Virus record (IMG/VR): IMGVR_UViG_2563366827_000006
Coordinates: 1 to 30,256 of that record
Length of the DNA stretch: 30,256 nt
Source: a virus
Taxonomy: Duplodnaviria; Heunggongvirae; Uroviricota; Caudoviricetes
Strand: one strand, 5' to 3'
Made by a program: the position numbers and the translations under genes. Below the pieces are notes generated by a model. The model searched no databases. It saw only the letters and a program-made list of their open reading frames with translations, and had not been told where the DNA came from. This document shows positions 29,009 to 30,256 of this stretch, piece by piece. Position 1 is the stretch's first letter, and every line of letters starts with the position of its first letter.

Positions 29009-30256
29009 CTATATTGCTGAAGGTACAGGCGTTTCCATAACTATTTGCTCGCGTTTTTTACTCAAGAAGAAAATGCCAAATAGCAACATCAGGCAGACAA
29101 TACCCGAAATTGCGAAGAAAACTGTCTGGTAGCCTGCGTGGTCAAAGAGTATCCCAGTCGGCGTTGAAAGCAGCACAATCCCAAGCGAACTGGCAATTTG
29201 AAAACCAATCAGAAAGATCGTCGACGACAGGCGCTTATCAAAGTTTGCCACGCTGTATTTGAAGACGGATATGACACAAAGTGGAACCTCAATGGCATGT
29301 AACAACTTCACTAATGAAATAATCCAGGGGTTAACGAACAGCGCGCAGGAAAGGATACGCAACGCCATAATCACAACTCCGATAAGTAATGCATTTTTTG
29401 GCCCTACCCGATTCACAAAGAAAGGAATAATCGCCATGCACAGCGCTTCGAGTACCACCTGGAATGAGTTGAGATAACCATACAGGCGCGTTCCTACATC
29501 GTGTGATTCGAATAAACCTGCATAAAAGACAGGAAAAAGTTGTTGATCAAAAATGTTATAGAAAGACCACGTCCCCACAATAAATATGACGAAAACCCAG
29601 AAGTTTCGATCCTTGAAAACTGCGATAAAATCCTCTTTTTTTACCCCTCCCGCATCTGCCGCTACGCACTGGTGATCCTTATCTTTAAAACGCATGTTGA
29701 TCATCATAAATACAGCGCCAAATAGCGAGACCAACCAGAAGTTGATATGGGGACTGATACTAAAAAATATGCCGGCAAAGAACGCGCCAATAGCATAGCC
29801 AAAAGATCCCCAGGCGCGCGCTGTTCCATATTCGAAATGAAAATTTCGCGCCATTTTTTCGGTGAAGCTATCAAGCAAACCGCATCCCGCCAGATACCCC
29901 AAGCCAAAAAATAGCGCCCCCAGAATTAGACCTACAGAAAAATTGCTTTGCAGTAACGGTTCATAAACGTAAATCATAAACGGTCCGGTCAAGACCAGGA
30001 TGAAACTCATACACCAGATGAGCGGTTTCTTCAGACCGAGTTTATCCTGAACGATGCCGTAGAACATCATAAATAGAATGCTGGTAAACTGGTTGACCGA
30101 ATAAAGTGTACCTAATTCCGTCCCTGTCAACCCTAGATGTCCTTTCAGCCAAATAGCGTATAACGACCACCACAGCGACCAGGAAATAAAAAAGAGAAAT
30201 GAGTAACTGGATGCAAAACGATAGTACGCATTTCTGAATGGAATATTCAGTGCCAT
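29009..30256 (-). CDS. cscB: LacY-family oligosaccharide:H+ symporter, most likely sucrose permease CscB (host chromosomal gene)
   Basis: 415-aa ORF MALNIPFRNAYYRFASSYSFLFFISWSLWWSLYAIWLKGHLGL… with LacY-family motifs (DKLGLKK, FDQQ, GPKNALL, HAIEVP, FKY); start codon is the last 3 nt of the window. Confidence 0.8.
   Translation of the reverse strand: MALNIPFRNAYYRFASSYSFLFFISWSLWWSLYAIWLKGHLGLTGTELGTLYSVNQFTSILFMMFYGIVQDKLGLKKPLIWCMSFILVLTGPFMIYVYEPLLQSNFSVGLILGALFFGLGYLAGCGLLDSFTEKMARNFHFEYGTARAWGSFGYAIGAFFAGIFFSISPHINFWLVSLFGAVFMMINMRFKDKDHQCVAADAGGVKKEDFIAVFKDRNFWVFVIFIVGTWSFYNIFDQQLFPVFYAGLFESHDVGTRLYGYLNSFQVVLEALCMAIIPFFVNRVGPKNALLIGVVIMALRILSCALFVNPWIISLVKLLHAIEVPLCVISVFKYSVANFDKRLSSTIFLIGFQIASSLGIVLLSTPTGILFDHAGYQTVFFAISGIVCLMLLFGIFFLSKKREQIVMETPVPSAI

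Overview
This window covers most of a mosaic lambdoid prophage and its junction with the host chromosome. The window + strand runs in lambda's leftward (pL) direction. All protein identities below come from reading the supplied ORF translations against remembered sequences; no database search was run. From low to high coordinates: (1) a lambda-type head and packaging module on the minus strand (Z partial, FII, FI, E, D, C/Nu3, B, W, A, Nu1), colinear with phage lambda; (2) cos (cosN about 8030-8041); (3) bor; (4) a lysis cassette with phage-21-type pinholin and SAR endolysin but lambda-type Rz/Rz1; (5) an OmpC-family porin moron (NmpC/Lc type) antisense between Q and S; (6) a DLP12-like Q, rusA, ybcO, ninE block; (7) an intact IS3 (13314-14571) between ninE and ybcN; (8) an AT-rich three-gene cassette of unknown function; (9) truncated ren, then P and O with ori iterons; (10) a YdaT-like gene in the cII position and a Cro-like gene; (11) a divergent CI-like S24 repressor; (12) directly downstream of the repressor, where lambda carries rexAB, a translationally coupled two-gene cassette (HipA-like kinase-fold protein plus DUF3037-like protein), which I consider the best candidate for an uncharacterised lysogen-expressed defence or toxin module; (13) gam, bet, exo and small early-left ORFs; (14) an opposite-strand membrane protein and two unknown genes; (15) a TorI-like excisionase flanked by tRNA-Arg (argW) 3'-end fragments with no integrase nearby (KplE1/CPS-53-type end); (16) the host LacY-family permease gene cscB. 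No rRNA, complete tRNA or CRISPR array was seen.
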